DNA of 64,000 nt from Vicinamibacterales bacterium. Lineage in GTDB: Bacteria > Acidobacteriota > Vicinamibacteria > Vicinamibacterales > CAVVIG01. Below are positions 1-9,435 of this stretch, one piece after another (position 1 is the stretch's first letter; every line of letters starts with the position of its first letter). Under the pieces are notes generated by a model that made no database searches, was not told where the DNA came from, and saw only the letters and a program-made list of their open reading frames with translations. The translations under genes were made by a program, and so were the position numbers. The stretch lies in NCBI GenBank assembly GCA_049679965.1, contig JBAUGX010000220.1, forward strand, positions 33,583 through 97,582. Direction: 5' to 3'.

Positions 1-352
1 CACAGGTCCTCGGATTATAAATGATTCATATCCCCTGCAGCCTTCCCAGATACAATCGCGACCGCCATTTATGGATGAGCCCGAGAAATGCCTGTACAAG
101 TTTTGTGCCAGTCGTAGCGGCCCTCGATTTTCAGCCGGGCGATTGGTTTCCGCCGCTTCATTAGCCATTCCCTGGTCGAGCTGTTGGCCGACGGTCGCCA
201 CTCGTCGCCTAATGAGATCGAGGTTGGAAATGGAATTGCGCTGGATGAGGGGACGACCGTGAAAGGCTTCAGGAATTAGGGCATACCCCCCCCTCCTTCC
301 GCGCCTTTCGCCCGCGCGACCATCGCTTTGAGGAATCGATTCGCGAGTCGCC

Positions 353-688
353 TCAGTCCCCGGCTGGCGGGTGATCGAACCATCCCTCACCGAGGGCGGC
401 ATCCTCGTCAGCGTTCCGAACGACGCATGCGGGCTTCGAGGCATGAAATCGGTACGTCGGATAGGCGATCCCCGCCAAGTTCGGCGCCGACCAGCGCCAA
501 TAGAGATGGCGGCCGATAGGGTCACGTTCACAGGTGGCCACGGCGCCGAGACGTTTCTTCGCCACCTTCAAGTCATCTCTATTCAGCCCGAGCGCCTGCG
601 CCTCCGACACGAGGTCGCGTACACGCGCCGGTCCGCGGAGCAGATGCGCGCGAAGAAAGCTGGAGGCTTTGTGAGCGCGAGGGCTCAT
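353..688 (-). CDS. Hypothetical protein of the integrated element
   Basis: ORF 353-751 with an internal ATG at 688. The segment LGLNRDDLKVAKKRLGAV looks like a small DNA-binding helix, but no family was recognised. Confidence 0.3.
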   Translation of the reverse strand: MSPRAHKASSFLRAHLLRGPARVRDLVSEAQALGLNRDDLKVAKKRLGAVATCERDPIGRHLYWRWSAPNLAGIAYPTYRFHASKPACVVRNADEDAALGEGWFDHPPAGD

Positions 689-1475
689 GCCAGCGCAGCT
701 AGTGTCCGGTTGACGACCGGAGGGCCGCGGGCGAGCTCCTGAGGGTTTCACCAGTCTTGATCGTGCTGTTGGTCTTTAGGTTGCCAGGCAGGTTTGGTTT
801 GGCCAAGAAGCCGGCCGATGGTGGTCAACTCTGACCTCACGGTCGAGGCAGCGGGTCAAGATTGACCCGCTAGTCTGATTCGGCGGGCCAGGCCTGATTC
901 GGTGCGCGAAGCCTCGGGGCGGCGCATGCGGGCCACCGCGGGGGCCACGCCTTCCCGACGGCGCACGGGTAAGTCCAGCGAGTAGCCGACCTGCGAATTG
1001 AAGCCACAAGTACCGCGAGCCACGCCACGACCCCGCCGTTTCTCCAGGTGCTGCACGGACACGACACCGCTCAAACGCGCACGAAACTTGCTGCGCGTCG
1101 CCTGCAACTCGCTCGCGCTGAGCCCCGCCTGGCGCGGACGCGCGACCCTCGGGCGCCTCAAGAGACCGAGAGCGAGTTCCTCTGAAGTCGCGACAACGGG
1201 GCTGAAACGCTCTCGCCCATGAGAAACGTGCCCGGCCGCCCACGGTGACGAACCTCGGACCTAGGGGTCGACACGATGGACGCCGGCGTAAGAGCCGAAC
1301 GACGGCCCGGCGCGGAACCAGGGTCAAGGCCGCAGCCCGGTCGAGCAGACGGGTCGAAGCGAACTGAGAGCCTTGACGCTGGCGAGCACCGGGCCAAACT
1401 CTCCGCCGGCCGGCGGCCGGCCAACAGGCCGCCTCGATCTCAAGCAAATGAAGGCTCAATCGAATGAGGTGACAG

Positions 1476-1673
1476 GTGATCCGGCGCGCACCTAATCTGT
1501 TGACACCGGTCGAGGTGGCGGAACTGCTACGAACGAGCAAGAAAGCGATCTACTCGATGATTGAGCGCGCGCAGCTCCCAGGCGTCGTGCGAATCGGCCG
1601 CCGCGTGCTCATTCAAGAGGACGCTCTGGTACACTGGCTTCGCCAGAAGTCCACGCCATCGCTGGAAAGGTAG
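1476..1673 (+). CDS. Excisionase-family helix-turn-helix DNA-binding protein
   Basis: A 65-aa GTG-start ORF. LLTPVEVAELLRTSKKAIYSMIERAQLPGVVRIGRRVLIQEDALVHWL is the typical Xis/AlpA-type HTH pattern, and the gene lies directly upstream of the integrase. Confidence 0.7.
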   Translation: MIRRAPNLLTPVEVAELLRTSKKAIYSMIERAQLPGVVRIGRRVLIQEDALVHWLRQKSTPSLER

Positions 1674-1680
1674 AACAGCG

Positions 1681-2793
1681 ATGAGCGTAACAGTCAGACC
1701 GTATCGACGCGGCGGTTGGACGGTGGACGTGATCACGCGATTGGCGGATGGTCGTCGCTACCGAGAGCGCCGACGATTGTCCGTCCGATCGCAATCAGCC
1801 GCCCACCGATGGGGCGAGGATCGCGAGCGGCATGTGCTGCAGCACGGCCCGCCCCAGGTCAAGAAGGAGGTGCCGACACTGGAAGAGTTCGCGCCGCGAT
1901 TCATTGATGGACATGCGCGGGCGAATCGGCAGAAGCCGAGCGGGATCGCGGCGAAAGAAACGATCCTCAAGGTTCATCTCGTACCGCTGCTTGGGACAAA
2001 GAAGCTGGATGCCATCAGGAATGAGGACGTCCAGCGGCTGAAGAGCGTCCTGAGTCAGAAGTCGGCGAAGACGGTCAACAACGTCCTCGCGGTTCTTGGC
2101 GTGCTGTTGAAAAAGGCGGTCGAGTGGGAGGTCTTGGAGCGACTACCCTGCTCAATTCGGCTGCTACCCGTCTCAGCGGGGTCTGCGAGATTTCACGACT
2201 TCGATGAGTACGAGCGACTGGTCAAGGCTGCTCATGAAACGGACCGGCAGGCTCTTGTGGTCGTGTTGCTGGGAGGCGAGGCCGGCTTGCGGTGCGGCGA
2301 GATGATGGCAATGGAGTGGACGGATGTCGATTTGGTCAAACGTCAATTGTGTGTCGCCCGGTCGGAATGGAAGGGGCACGTCACGGTACCGAAGGGAGGA
2401 CGGTTGCGCTACGTGCCTCTGACAGCGCGGCTCTCAGGAGCGCTCAGGGAGCATCGGCATCTCCGCGGGTCGCGCGTCTTGTGCGAGCGTGATGGATCGC
2501 CACTGACACAGCGAGCGGTGCAAGGTCTCGTTCTGAGAGCCGCTCGACGCGCCAACCTTCGGAACGTCGGTGTCCACGTGCTCAGGCACACGTTCTGCTC
2601 GCACCTGGCCATGCGTGGCGCACCAACGCGAGCCATCCAAGAGTTGGCCGGTCATCGTGATCTCGTCACGACGCAGCACTACATGCACCTGAGCCCGTCT
2701 GCCGTTGAAGACGCGATTCGACTCCTCGAGCACGGCGCCCGTGGCAACATGGTGGCAACGAGCGCTCTAGCCGGCCAAAACATCAATAAGTAA
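1681..2793 (+). CDS. Tyrosine recombinase / phage-type integrase
   Basis: ATG at 1681 inside ORF 1561-2793. The C-terminal catalytic region HVLRHTFCSHLAMRGAPTRAIQELAGHRDLVTTQHYMHL carries the H-x-x-R ... H ... Y signature. Adjacent to the tRNA. Confidence 0.9.
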   Translation: MSVTVRPYRRGGWTVDVITRLADGRRYRERRRLSVRSQSAAHRWGEDRERHVLQHGPPQVKKEVPTLEEFAPRFIDGHARANRQKPSGIAAKETILKVHLVPLLGTKKLDAIRNEDVQRLKSVLSQKSAKTVNNVLAVLGVLLKKAVEWEVLERLPCSIRLLPVSAGSARFHDFDEYERLVKAAHETDRQALVVVLLGGEAGLRCGEMMAMEWTDVDLVKRQLCVARSEWKGHVTVPKGGRLRYVPLTARLSGALREHRHLRGSRVLCERDGSPLTQRAVQGLVLRAARRANLRNVGVHVLRHTFCSHLAMRGAPTRAIQELAGHRDLVTTQHYMHLSPSAVEDAIRLLEHGARGNMVATSALAGQNINK

Positions 2794-2803
2794 AAGGGAA
2801 AGT

Positions 2804-2880
<77 letters not shown>

Positions 2881-2923
2881 TCACTGAAAGGACCCTAATG
2901 GTAGCATAGCGGCCGGAAATCCG

Positions 2924-4480
2924 ATGAAGCGTCTTGCAGTCGTCGCAATTCTCGCGGCGATCATCGGTCCGGCTAAAGCCGGACCCCACGTACGTCCTCT
3001 CGCCCCTTCGATTCTCCACGCACAGCAGCAAGAGGACGACGCCGCGGCGCGGCGCAATCGCGCGCCGGTCACGTTGCTGCAGCTCAACGACATCTATTCC
3101 ACCCTGCCCGTCAACGGACTGGGCGGGCTGGCGCGCATCGCCACGCTCAAGCAGCAACTCACGGCCGCCGGCAGCACGCCACTACTTGTCCTCGCCGGTG
3201 ACTTCCTATCACCGTCGGTCGCCTCCAGCATCTTCAAGGGCGAGCAGATGATCGCCGCGTTGAACGCCGCCGGGCTGGATCTCGCCACGCTCGGCAATCA
3301 CGAGTTCGACTTCGGCAAGGACGTCCTCATCCAGCGCATGTCGGAAGCGAAGTGGCAATGGGTCGTCTCGAACGTCATCGACCGCACGACCGGCAGGCCC
3401 GTCGGCGGCGCCGCCCCCTACGTCGTCCGCACGATCGGAGGCTTGAAGGTCGGCTTCATCGGCTTGTGCTTGACGACGAGCGAAATCAGCCGGGGCAACC
3501 TCACGGGCCTCCGTCTCGTCGACCCCGTCGCGGCCGCCGCGCAGTACCTGCCGGCCCTCAGACGCCAGGGCGCCAACGTCATTGTGGCCATCACCCACCT
3601 GAAACTGGCAGACGATCGCGAACTGGCGAGGCGCTTTCCGCAGATCGATCTCATCATCGGCGGCCACGAGCACGAACCGGTCACCACGACCGTGAACCGC
3701 ACGCTCATCAGCAAGGCCGGCTCGGACGGCAAGTGGGTGGCACGGATCGACGTCGGCCGCCGCCCCAACAACCGCACGGTGGAGCGCTTCTACGAGCTGG
3801 TGTCCATCACTTCCGCGCTCGCGGACGAGCCGCGCACGGCGGAGGTGATCAGGTCCTATGAAGACCGGCTGAGCAAGGACCTCGAGGTCGTCGTCGGGAC
3901 CACGAGCGTCCCTCTCGACTCCGAGGACACGCGCGTGCGGAGCTCAGAAACGAACCTCGGCAATTTCGTGGCCGACGCGGTCAGGGCCGACGCCGGTACG
4001 GACGTCGCCATCGTGAACGCCGGCGGCATCAGAGGGGATCGCCTCTACCCAGCCGGCCCGCTCACCCGCCGCACGCTCGTCGAAATCCACACGTTCGGCA
4101 ACCTGATCTGCACGATCGCCTTGCCCGGCCGGGTACTGCTCCAGGCGCTCAATCACGGCGTCGCCAGGCTACCGGCCGCGGCTGGACAATTCCCACAGGT
4201 CTCGGGGCTGACAATGACGATAGACCCGCGCGGACCGCCTGGGGATCGCGTGCGCGACGTGCGCGTTGGCGGCCAGCCGCTCGATCTCGGCAGGACGTAC
4301 AGCGTGGCCATCCCCGACTATCTCCTCAAGGGGGGCGACAACTACACAGTGTTCGCGGGCCAGCGCGTGCTCGTCACCCCAGAGGCGGGGCGCCTGATGC
4401 TCGACGCGCTGGAGAAGTACGTCTCGGCGCGAGGCACGATCGCGCCTGCAATTGACGGACGGATTACTGTCGCCCGCTAG
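2924..4480 (+). CDS. Secreted bifunctional metallophosphatase / 5'-nucleotidase (UshA-like)
   Basis: Signal peptide MKRLAVVAILAAIIGPAKA. Metallophosphoesterase motifs GDFLSPS and GNHEFDFG, followed by a C-terminal 5'-nucleotidase-type domain. Confidence 0.85.
   Translation: MKRLAVVAILAAIIGPAKAGPHVRPLAPSILHAQQQEDDAAARRNRAPVTLLQLNDIYSTLPVNGLGGLARIATLKQQLTAAGSTPLLVLAGDFLSPSVASSIFKGEQMIAALNAAGLDLATLGNHEFDFGKDVLIQRMSEAKWQWVVSNVIDRTTGRPVGGAAPYVVRTIGGLKVGFIGLCLTTSEISRGNLTGLRLVDPVAAAAQYLPALRRQGANVIVAITHLKLADDRELARRFPQIDLIIGGHEHEPVTTTVNRTLISKAGSDGKWVARIDVGRRPNNRTVERFYELVSITSALADEPRTAEVIRSYEDRLSKDLEVVVGTTSVPLDSEDTRVRSSETNLGNFVADAVRADAGTDVAIVNAGGIRGDRLYPAGPLTRRTLVEIHTFGNLICTIALPGRVLLQALNHGVARLPAAAGQFPQVSGLTMTIDPRGPPGDRVRDVRVGGQPLDLGRTYSVAIPDYLLKGGDNYTVFAGQRVLVTPEAGRLMLDALEKYVSARGTIAPAIDGRITVAR
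2966..2997 (+). repeat. REP-like hairpin element, copy 1 (inside the signal-peptide region of the 5'-nucleotidase ORF)
   Basis: GGTCCGGCTAAAGCCGGACCCCACGTACGTCC. The stem is GTCCGGC/GCCGGAC with loop TAAA and flank CCCCACGT. It matches the reverse complement of copy 3 at 28 of 30 positions. Confidence 0.75.
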
Positions 4481-5169
4481 GACTGTGAACCCCGTAAGTC
4501 TGCCTTCGAAGTCCTCTTCAGTCGAGCCCAGTACACCCGAAGCAGAAGCAGCACACCCACGACGATCGCATACCGCTGCGGACGGGCGACGTCGGCCTTG
4601 ACCAGCCACCAGTAGTGAGTCACGCCCGCGATGGCGGACACGTACACGAGCCTGTGCAGCGCCTGCCATCGCCGGCCGCCCAGGCGGCGGATCATGCCGG
4701 CTGTCGAGGTGGCGGCGAGCGGCACCATCGACACGAACGCCAGAGAGCCGATCATGATGAACGGCCGTTTGTAGATGTCGGCCGCCACCGCCATCGCGAG
4801 CCCTCGAGCCGTCTTCCACGACATGATCGTCCCCAATGAAAGGCCGTCCGAGAAGTCGAGGCCCGCAAATCGGTCGAGGATCACATAGGTCATCAGGTGC
4901 AGCGTGCCGTAAAAGAACGCGTACAGGCCGACCATGCGCCGGAACCGAATCGCCCCGTTCCAGCCGCTCAGCCGGCGCAGCGGGGTCATCGCCAGCGTGA
5001 GGCAGAGAAACCGGAGCGTCCAAACGCCGGTTTCATTGGTGACGTCGCTCAGGGGATTCGCGCTGAGGTTGCCGGTGAAGAGCGCCCAGACGAGATAGAC
5101 GGCCGGGCCGAGGCACGCGACAAACGTGACGGGTTTGAGTACCCACCGCGTGAACTGATGCGCAGTCAC
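4477..5169 (-). CDS. msrQ: Protein-methionine-sulfoxide reductase heme-binding membrane subunit MsrQ (YedZ)
   Basis: A polytopic ferric-reductase-like membrane protein lying immediately downstream of msrP. Confidence 0.85.
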   Translation of the reverse strand: MTAHQFTRWVLKPVTFVACLGPAVYLVWALFTGNLSANPLSDVTNETGVWTLRFLCLTLAMTPLRRLSGWNGAIRFRRMVGLYAFFYGTLHLMTYVILDRFAGLDFSDGLSLGTIMSWKTARGLAMAVAADIYKRPFIMIGSLAFVSMVPLAATSTAGMIRRLGGRRWQALHRLVYVSAIAGVTHYWWLVKADVARPQRYAIVVGVLLLLRVYWARLKRTSKADLRGSQS

Positions 5170-5176
5170 GTGCGGG

Positions 5177-6145
5177 CTAGAAGTTCTTCTTGAGATCCAT
5201 GCCGGTGTAGAGGCTCGCCACCTGATCGGCGTAGCCGTTGAACGGCAGCGTCTTGCGCATGAAGAATTCCGGCAGGCGGCGCTCGGTGGCCTGGCTCCAG
5301 CGCGGGTGATCGACCGCCGGGTTCACGTTCGCGTAAAACCCGTACTCGTCGGGCACGGCAACCTCCCAGACGGTGAGCGGCTGCGTGGCGAGGAAGCGGA
5401 TCTTGACGATCGACTTGATGCTCTTGTACCCGTATTTCCACGGCACCACCAGCCGGACCGGCGCGCCGTTCTGATTCGGGAGGACTTCTCCATAGAGACC
5501 GACGGCGAGAATCGCCAGCGGATGCATGGCTTCGTCCATCCGCAGCGCGTCGAGGTACGGCCAGCGAAGCACCGTGCTCCTGACGCCTGGCATCTGCCTC
5601 GGGTCGTTGAGCGTCGTGAACTCGATGAACTTCGCGTTCGAGGTCGGCTCGCACTTCTTGATGAAATCGGCCAGCGGGAAGCCGACCCACGGAATGACCA
5701 TCGACCACGCCTCGACGCAGCGGTGCCGGTAGACGCGCTCCTCGAGCGTCTGGCCCTTGAGGATGTCCTCGAGGTTCCAGACCGCGGGCTTATTGCATTC
5801 GCCCTCCACGGCCACCGACCACGGCGCGGGCTTCAGCATCCCGGCGTACTGAGCCGGCGAGTCCTTGTCAGGCCCAAACTCGAGGAAGTTGTTGTAGGTC
5901 GTGATCTGCTGCCACGAGTTCTTGGCCTCGGTCGTGCTGAGCGGGCTGGGCTTGACGTTCTGGAGCAGGCGCCCATGCGGAGCAGCTTGAATCCGCTGCG
6001 CCTCCGCAGTTCGCGAACCCAGCAGGCCGACGGCAGCCGCGGCGGCAGTTCCTGCGGCCCCACGCATGAAGGCGCGGCGATCGAGGTACACCTTCTTGTC
6101 GGTGATCTCGGAGCTCGGAATATCGGCCGCGCGTTTGATCAACAT
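5177..6145 (-). CDS. msrP: Protein-methionine-sulfoxide reductase molybdopterin catalytic subunit MsrP (YedY)
   Basis: Tat-type signal [17 protein letters not shown] and the YedY-like oxidoreductase molybdopterin-binding domain. Paired with msrQ. Confidence 0.9.
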   Translation of the reverse strand: MLIKRAADIPSSEITDKKVYLDRRAFMRGAAGTAAAAAVGLLGSRTAEAQRIQAAPHGRLLQNVKPSPLSTTEAKNSWQQITTYNNFLEFGPDKDSPAQYAGMLKPAPWSVAVEGECNKPAVWNLEDILKGQTLEERVYRHRCVEAWSMVIPWVGFPLADFIKKCEPTSNAKFIEFTTLNDPRQMPGVRSTVLRWPYLDALRMDEAMHPLAILAVGLYGEVLPNQNGAPVRLVVPWKYGYKSIKSIVKIRFLATQPLTVWEVAVPDEYGFYANVNPAVDHPRWSQATERRLPEFFMRKTLPFNGYADQVASLYTGMDLKKNF

Positions 6146-6150
6146 GTTGA

Positions 6151-6171
6151 GACTTCAGACTTTCGACTTTC
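6151..6171. repeat. Tandem heptanucleotide tract (GACTTCA GACTTTC GACTTTC) in the msrP 5' leader
   Basis: Three 7-bp units read directly from the sequence. They lie in the 39-bp gap between the SpoIID-like stop (6185) and the msrP start (6145). Confidence 0.8.
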
Positions 6172-6184
6172 AGTATACGACCCC

Positions 6185-7738
6185 TCAGTTGACGTCTTTC
6201 CAGTTCTTTCCGGCCGCGAGCTGCCTGGCAAAACAAGCCCGGGCACGGGCATAGGCGCTCGAGAGGGCGCCAATCGAAACCGGACGCAGCAGCTCGGCGT
6301 CGCTCGGGCACGAGACGGCCGGCACCGTCGCCGGGAACGGTCGAGGCGCCGGCGGCTCGGGCGACGCGCCCGTCACCCGTGATTCACCGGCGAAGTAGAT
6401 CGCCGCGCCCTCCCGCACCCAGGCCGGCCGGTCGGCCAACACGCCGTCGGTCAGGACATGGACGATCTGGTGGCGAATCGTGCGGTCGAGCACACCGCGC
6501 TCCCGCAGCACGGCGAGCGGCAGCAGATGCAGTTCGCCATTCCGCACCGCGTCGGCCGCAAACCATGGCTGGCCAGTCGTGCGCTCGAAGTCGTCGGTCG
6601 TGGGATGCACGCGGAGGGTGATGCGCGCGGGGGGCTGAATGCCCAGCGTTCGAACCAGCTCATCGCGAGCGGCAGCCAGAACGACCTCTATGGCGGCACG
6701 CTCCCCTTCCTGGTCGTCCGGAAGCGACACGATCGTTTCGAGAAGGGCCGGCCGGGGGCTGGCGACTGGCACGGGCGCGGGCACGACGCGTGGCGCCTCG
6801 GGTGTTGCCGCGACGACCCGCGGCCCCACCGACCCAATCGTCAGGCCAGGAAAGTACTTCGCCAGAATCGCGTCGGCGGTCTGGCCCTGCTCGGCCAGAT
6901 GCGTCGAACCGATGACGCACAACCCGACGCCGTGGCCCGAGCCGTGGCCGGCAAAGCGGTAGGACGCCGACTGCCGGCGGAGCTCGAACGCCGTGCTCTT
7001 GATGTATTGCCACCCAAGCGTCCGCCCGACGGCCAACCGCAGGTCTTGTCCGGAAATCTCGTCCGGCGTCAGGCCGTCGACTTTCAGCCGCGCGACCCGG
7101 CCCGAATCGTTCCGCGAGAGGATTCGCAGCTCGCGCAGCCGATCGCCGCGGAAACCGGCGGCCCGCAACGCGCGCAGCATGTCCGCCTCGCTGAGCGCAG
7201 CCTCCCATGCCGGCTCGCCCATGCACGCCTCATCGGCGACCGATGGCAGATGCGGCGGGTCGTCCGCCCCGGGCCAGACGTCGGACGGCGTTTCGGTACG
7301 CCCGCCGCAGGACGCGGAGTAGAACACTGAAGCGGGCGCGCCGCCCTTCATCAGCACGCGCCCGGCGGTCGCTTGCGTGGCGCGTTCGGTCGCGGGCGTG
7401 GCCGTCCGCACGACCTGACAGTGCGTCTGGTCGCACAGGTCGAACCCGTCGCCGCGGTGGCGTCCCGGATTGGCGAGCGCGAAGGTGCGAATGGTCACGG
7501 CCAGCGCCTCGAGGGCCGCTGGACGGCTGTCGCGCGCCGCCTCGCCCGCCAGCACGCGTGCGACGTAGGCTTCGAGCGGCATGGTGACCACGGCGTAGCC
7601 ACCCCCAGGCCGCGCGAGGCCGACGCGCAGCTGCGGCCCGGCCGCGTCAACGTTCCCAGGGCCAGGCCGTGACTGGGGCTCCGCGCGGGCGCCCAACGCG
7701 AGCACGAGCAGGACCGCGACGAGAAGGACTGATCTCAA
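6185..7738 (-). CDS. SpoIID/LytB-domain protein with a C-terminal peptidase-MA-like domain (HQxxH variant)
   Basis: Signal peptide, and the SpoIID-type core with VFYSASCGGRTE. The C-terminal RHQIVHVLTDGVLADRPAWVREGAAIYFAGE resembles the HELAHV...WLSEG motif of the TPR-peptidase at 58820-61342. Confidence 0.75.
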   Translation of the reverse strand: MRSVLLVAVLLVLALGARAEPQSRPGPGNVDAAGPQLRVGLARPGGGYAVVTMPLEAYVARVLAGEAARDSRPAALEALAVTIRTFALANPGRHRGDGFDLCDQTHCQVVRTATPATERATQATAGRVLMKGGAPASVFYSASCGGRTETPSDVWPGADDPPHLPSVADEACMGEPAWEAALSEADMLRALRAAGFRGDRLRELRILSRNDSGRVARLKVDGLTPDEISGQDLRLAVGRTLGWQYIKSTAFELRRQSASYRFAGHGSGHGVGLCVIGSTHLAEQGQTADAILAKYFPGLTIGSVGPRVVAATPEAPRVVPAPVPVASPRPALLETIVSLPDDQEGERAAIEVVLAAARDELVRTLGIQPPARITLRVHPTTDDFERTTGQPWFAADAVRNGELHLLPLAVLRERGVLDRTIRHQIVHVLTDGVLADRPAWVREGAAIYFAGESRVTGASPEPPAPRPFPATVPAVSCPSDAELLRPVSIGALSSAYARARACFARQLAAGKNWKDVN

Positions 7739-8385
7739 TCCGTCAACCCCAGAAAGGTTTCCGTCTCACTCCAGATGCGCGGCAGGCTGGCCATCAACTG
7801 GTGATCGTCTTCGACGAGCGACACGGTGACGTTGGTCCGTCCGCGCGCGAAGGCGTCAACCGTTCGATGATCGACCGACGCGTCGCGGACGCCCTGAACG
7901 ATGAGCGTCGGCTGCGCGAATTTCGCCGTCAAGGCATTGTACCGAACACTGTCTTCGTAGAAGCTGAAATTCAGGGGTCGCTCCTGCTTATCGGCGTAGT
8001 GGAAGATCGGCAACACACCGCGGCGCCGCCACTCGTCCACTCGCTCCGGTGAAAACAGATGGTGGCCCGGCCGGGCGAACATGACAGCCGGCGCCAATAG
8101 TACCAGCTGAGTCACACGAGGGCCGAACCGATCGGCCGACAGAATGGCCAGCGTGCCGCCGAGGCTCGATCCGATGAGCACGACCGGGCCGCGGCCGGTC
8201 GCCGCAATTTCTTGCTCCAGCTGGCCGAGCATCCGCGTGATCGTCAGCGTGGCGAAATCGGGCTGGTTGAAGTCCGGGCACCGTAGCCTGATGTGATGAG
8301 CGGCGAATCGCTCGGCGAGGTACGATGCCTTGCCCGAGCCTGGAGAGGAAGCGAAGCCGTGCAGGTAGAACACATGCGGCGTCAT
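7735..8385 (-). CDS. YqiA-like alpha/beta-hydrolase esterase
   Basis: The N-terminus FYLHGFASSPGSGKA and the nucleophile elbow GSSLGG align by eye with E. coli YqiA. Confidence 0.65.
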   Translation of the reverse strand: MTPHVFYLHGFASSPGSGKASYLAERFAAHHIRLRCPDFNQPDFATLTITRMLGQLEQEIAATGRGPVVLIGSSLGGTLAILSADRFGPRVTQLVLLAPAVMFARPGHHLFSPERVDEWRRRGVLPIFHYADKQERPLNFSFYEDSVRYNALTAKFAQPTLIVQGVRDASVDHRTVDAFARGRTNVTVSLVEDDHQLMASLPRIWSETETFLGLTD

Positions 8386-8395
8386 CCTTGAATGC

Positions 8396-8401
8396 TATAA
8401 T
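8396..8401 (+). promoter_or_regulatory. Candidate -10 box TATAAT for the radical-SAM operon
   Basis: A perfect TATAAT 14 nt upstream of ATG 8416, within a 30-bp divergent gap. No Shine-Dalgarno sequence in between. Confidence 0.4.
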
Positions 8402-8415
8402 TTTTCCCGTCCTCG

Positions 8416-9435
8416 ATGCTTTCCACCACAGCCAGCCGCCAGGCCCGATCACTCCGCGCGTTTCTGCACGGGCTCACGCACACCGCGCATCCGCTCCTCG
8501 TCCAGATCATCCCCATCCGCCGCTGCAACATCGACTGCGGATACTGCAACGAGTACGACAAGGTGTCCGAACCGGTCCCGACCGAGGCGATGAAACGGCG
8601 CATCGACAAGCTCGCCGCCCTCGGCACCTCGGTCGTCGCCTTCAGCGGCGGCGAGCCGATGCTGCATCCGGATCTGGACGGCCTCATCCGGCACATTCGC
8701 AGCCACGGGATGATGGCGGGCCTCATCACGAACGGCTACTTCCTCGTGCCCGCTCGCATCAAGGCGCTCAACGACGCCGGCCTCGACTTCCTCCAGATCA
8801 GCATCGACAATGTCGAGCCCGACGCCGTCTCGAAGAAGAGCTTGAAGGTCCTCGACAAGAAACTCCAGGATCTGAAGACCTACGCCCACTTCGACGTGAA
8901 CATCAACTCCGTGCTGGGCGGCGGTATCAAGAACCCTGAAGACGCGCGGACGATCAACACACGTGCGCGGCAGCTCGGCTTCTCGACCTCGATCGGCATC
9001 ATTCACGATGGAGCGGGACGGCTCAAGCCGCTGGCCACGGCCGAACGCAAGGTCTACGACGAGGTGTCGGCGGCCATCAGCAGCCCGTGGCAGGTGTTGA
9101 AGAATCTCTACTCGGGGATTCGCCACTTCCAGGACAACCTGGCCGATGGCAAACCGAACGACTGGCGATGCCGGGCGGGGGCGCGCTACCTCTATGTCTG
9201 TGAGGAGGGCCTCGTTCACTATTGCAGCCAGCAGCGCGGCTACCCCGGCGTGCCGCTCGAGTCCTACTCCGTCGACGACATTCGTCGGGAGTTCGACACG
9301 CCGAAGCCCTGCGCGCCGTACTGCACGGTGGGCTGCGTGCATCGCGTGTCCACGATGGATTTTTGGCGGAGTCCCCAGCGGGCAGTCGCCAGTCAGCAGT
9401 CTGCAGTCGACGGTCAGCAGGCGCCAAGAGCCTGA
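8416..9435 (+). CDS. Radical SAM enzyme (MoaA/HpnH-like architecture with a Cys-rich C-terminal auxiliary-cluster region)
   Basis: CNIDCGYCNEY is the CxxxCxxC motif, and GGEPMLHP the SAM-binding motif. The C-terminal cysteines are CRAGARYLYVCEEGLVHYC and CAPYCTVGC. Confidence 0.85.
   Translation: MLSTTASRQARSLRAFLHGLTHTAHPLLVQIIPIRRCNIDCGYCNEYDKVSEPVPTEAMKRRIDKLAALGTSVVAFSGGEPMLHPDLDGLIRHIRSHGMMAGLITNGYFLVPARIKALNDAGLDFLQISIDNVEPDAVSKKSLKVLDKKLQDLKTYAHFDVNINSVLGGGIKNPEDARTINTRARQLGFSTSIGIIHDGAGRLKPLATAERKVYDEVSAAISSPWQVLKNLYSGIRHFQDNLADGKPNDWRCRAGARYLYVCEEGLVHYCSQQRGYPGVPLESYSVDDIRREFDTPKPCAPYCTVGCVHRVSTMDFWRSPQRAVASQQSAVDGQQAPRA
9383..9420. repeat. Tandem heptanucleotide tract (CAGTCGC CAGTCAG CAGTCTG CAGTCGA CGGTCAG CAG) at the 3' end of the radical-SAM gene
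   Basis: Five units of CAGTCNN read directly. The tract encodes the tail AVASQQSAVDGQQ just before the TGATG stop/start junction at 9433-9437. Confidence 0.8.

Larger units (their letters stand above)
1..2803. mobile_element. End of an integrated element / genomic island inserted next to the 3' end of tRNA-fMet; other boundary lies outside the window
   Basis: The tyrosine integrase (1681-2793) stops 10 nt from the CCA end of the tRNA gene (2804-2880, opposite strand) and follows an excisionase-type HTH gene. Positions 760-1470 have no convincing ORF. No second copy of the tRNA 3' end was seen in 1-2800. Confidence 0.55.

Noticed and set aside
1-300. A minus-strand reading frame open to the left window edge (…LIRRRVATVGQQLDQGMANEAAETNRPAENRGPLRLAQNLY…), and a short plus-strand frame ending at 279
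   Set aside because: No start codon could be assigned, no family was recognised, and codon-position GC does not favour either frame. They are mentioned only as a possibility.
776-1540. A 254-aa minus-strand ORF and several overlapping ORFs (856-1161, 1158-1424, 998-1222) inside the integrated element
   Set aside because: They have an Arg/Pro/Gly-rich low-complexity composition, overlap each other in different frames, and show no motif or ribosome-binding signal. A small position-specific GC sample was ambiguous between a plus and a minus frame. They are not supportable as genes.
9383-9420. The heptad and octamer tracts considered as CRISPR arrays
   Set aside because: The units are only 7-8 bp, directly abutting with no spacers, and no cas genes are present. 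They are microsatellite-like tandem repeats, not CRISPR.
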